Source: Gammaproteobacteria bacterium
GTDB lineage: Bacteria > Pseudomonadota > Gammaproteobacteria > UBA4575
Length of the DNA stretch: 64,000 nucleotides
Direction: 5' to 3'
NCBI GenBank assembly: GCA_965243395.1
Contig: CBDEUS010000002.1
Coordinates: 1,120,001-1,184,000 of the forward strand
Part shown: one piece after another, positions 62,653-64,000 of the stretch
Position numbering within the stretch: position 1 is the first letter of the stretch
Layout of the letters: the number at the start of each line of letters is the position of its first letter
Translations under genes and position numbers: made by a program
Notes under the pieces: model-generated
Databases searched by the model: none
Seen by the model: the letters and a program-made list of their open reading frames with translations, nothing else
Told to the model about the DNA's origin: nothing

Positions 62653-63363
62653 ATGCGTTCACTATTTCTTTTGTTGCTTGTTGTAAATATTAGTTACTTG
62701 GTCTGGGGAGTTGCATTTTCAGAAAAAACAGATACTCCGGCTGTTATTGCTTTGCCAGTTGGGGTTCAAAAATTGACTCTATTAAGCGAGACAGATGATG
62801 TTGAGCTGCCAACAGTAAAACAACCTGAAACAAAACCTAACCCTAGTAAAGAAAATGCAACCGAGGAAAGTTTACCTTCAAGAAGTTGTTATTCGTTGGG
62901 TCCAATTCTAGATGACGATAAATTGAAAAAACTAGAAGAAAAATTAAAACAAAATGGTATCGAAACTAAAATTAAATCGATTACCGACAAAGAACCGAAA
63001 TCATATTGGGTATATTTTCCACCAGAAAAATCATTAGATGATGCAAAGGCGGTTGTTAATCAACTGCGAATTGCAGAGGTTGATGATTATTTTATCGTTC
63101 GTAAGGGCGAGCATACTCATGCAATATCAATGGGGCTTTATAATAGTTATAGCCGAGCAAAATACAGGTTACGTAAATTAAAAAAACTCGGTTTTAATGC
63201 TAAAGTAGAAACTCGTTATCACGATGTAACTCGCTACTGGTTTGATTTTCAGGAGATGAGCACGAATCCGCTTGAAGATAGTGAGTGGAATAAACTTGAT
63301 GAGGATAGTTCGCTACAGAAAATTGTCAGACCATGCGTCGATCCTTTACCAGGCAAGAGTTGA
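62653..63363 (+). CDS. SPOR-domain membrane-anchored protein
   Basis: MR.LF..L...N TM, C..LGP, YWVY.PP, IS.GL; follows birA-coaX. Confidence 0.82.
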   Translation: MRSLFLLLLVVNISYLVWGVAFSEKTDTPAVIALPVGVQKLTLLSETDDVELPTVKQPETKPNPSKENATEESLPSRSCYSLGPILDDDKLKKLEEKLKQNGIETKIKSITDKEPKSYWVYFPPEKSLDDAKAVVNQLRIAEVDDYFIVRKGEHTHAISMGLYNSYSRAKYRLRKLKKLGFNAKVETRYHDVTRYWFDFQEMSTNPLEDSEWNKLDEDSSLQKIVRPCVDPLPGKS

Positions 63364-63378
63364 AGCAATAAATTGGAA

Positions 63379-63454
63379 TGGAGCCACCTGTCAGATTCGA
63401 ACTGACGACCTACTGATTACAAATCAGTTGCTCTACCAACTGAGCTAAGGTGGC
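63379..63454 (-). tRNA. tRNA-Thr (TGT)
   Basis: GCCACCT...CTGAT-TTGTAAT-CAG...GTTCGAAT...AGGTGGCTCCA cloverleaf. Confidence 0.97.
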
Positions 63455-63609
63455 TAGATTTAAAAAGGAGTGAATATTGCCTTTGCAACGCTTACAAATC
63501 AAGACTTGTTACAACAACCGCGACTTATAAACTTAACACTGTTAGTTTACTTAATACTCCTCATTGGATGCTACCATTTAGGTGACAAATTCTCACTTTC
63601 AGGTAATTC

Positions 63610-64000
63610 ATGGATAAAAAGATACTACAACGAATAAATATTTTTCTTTCAGCAGCATTGTTTTGTTTGCTTGTTGCGTGTGCAAACAAAAATGTTACTG
63701 ATGAAAACTCACGGGATACTATTGCTAAAGGGCCATTAGATGGTATCTGGACGGGGGAGTTCGATATTCGAGGGAGAGGGCCATATGATTTCACGGTAAT
63801 ACACCTAAATGACAAGGCATTTGCTTATAGTTTAAAAGCTAAGGCCATGTGTTTAGGCACATTAAAATTTGATGGTGAAAACACTTTTCATGAGTATGTG
63901 TTGTTTGCTTTAGATGGAGGGCCATTCGATTGGGCAAATGTTACAGGAACGCTTAAAAATAACGAAAAAGGTCAAAAGTTATTAGCTTCACACTTCAAAA
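63610..64000 (+). CDS. Hypothetical lipoprotein (3' end outside window)
   Basis: Open frame from ATG 63610 to the window end: MDKKILQRINIFLSAALFCLLVA-C lipobox, then DGIWTG. Confidence 0.75.
   Translation, partial: MDKKILQRINIFLSAALFCLLVACANKNVTDENSRDTIAKGPLDGIWTGEFDIRGRGPYDFTVIHLNDKAFAYSLKAKAMCLGTLKFDGENTFHEYVLFALDGGPFDWANVTGTLKNNEKGQKLLASHFK

Noticed and set aside
63379-63454. tRNA-Thr as an integration site
   Set aside because: No duplicated 3' end or integrase was seen, and its 3' end abuts the SPOR gene stop.

Overview
AT-rich chromosomal window from a Gammaproteobacterium, judged from the 16S/23S rRNA and the core proteins. A marine, sulfur-handling lifestyle is an inference from gene content. 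The backbone is housekeeping: ligA (partial), mpl, hemL-thiE-thiD/rubredoxin, rppH, hemJ-clc-argC-bactofilin-erpA, anmK-M23-tyrS, a complete rrn operon (16S-tRNAIle-tRNAAla-23S-5S), uup, mnmH, hisI, glnS, birA-coaX-SPOR and tRNA-Thr. Accessory blocks include an iron island with four Fur-box-like sites (bfr, bfd, porin/FMN-binding/PepSY, DUF1461, fur, hemP and two unknown genes), an lpxD-globin-vanadium haloperoxidase-propeller block, an acidic repeat autotransporter and a DsrE-TusA-SQR-like-DUF1641 sulfur module. The strongest leads are: (1) a near-perfect CIRCE (HrcA heat-shock) operator upstream of an uncharacterised two-gene operon rather than a chaperone gene; (2) a perfect 23-bp inverted repeat forming a mirror-symmetric bidirectional promoter around a Fur box, driving two unknown genes plus hemP/fur; (3) a Tat-exported vanadium haloperoxidase with an Arg-rich N-terminus; (4) a remodelled tRNA-Ile half-copy in the rRNA spacer. 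No CRISPR array, transposase, integrase or prophage gene was seen. All family calls come from motif recognition, not database searches.
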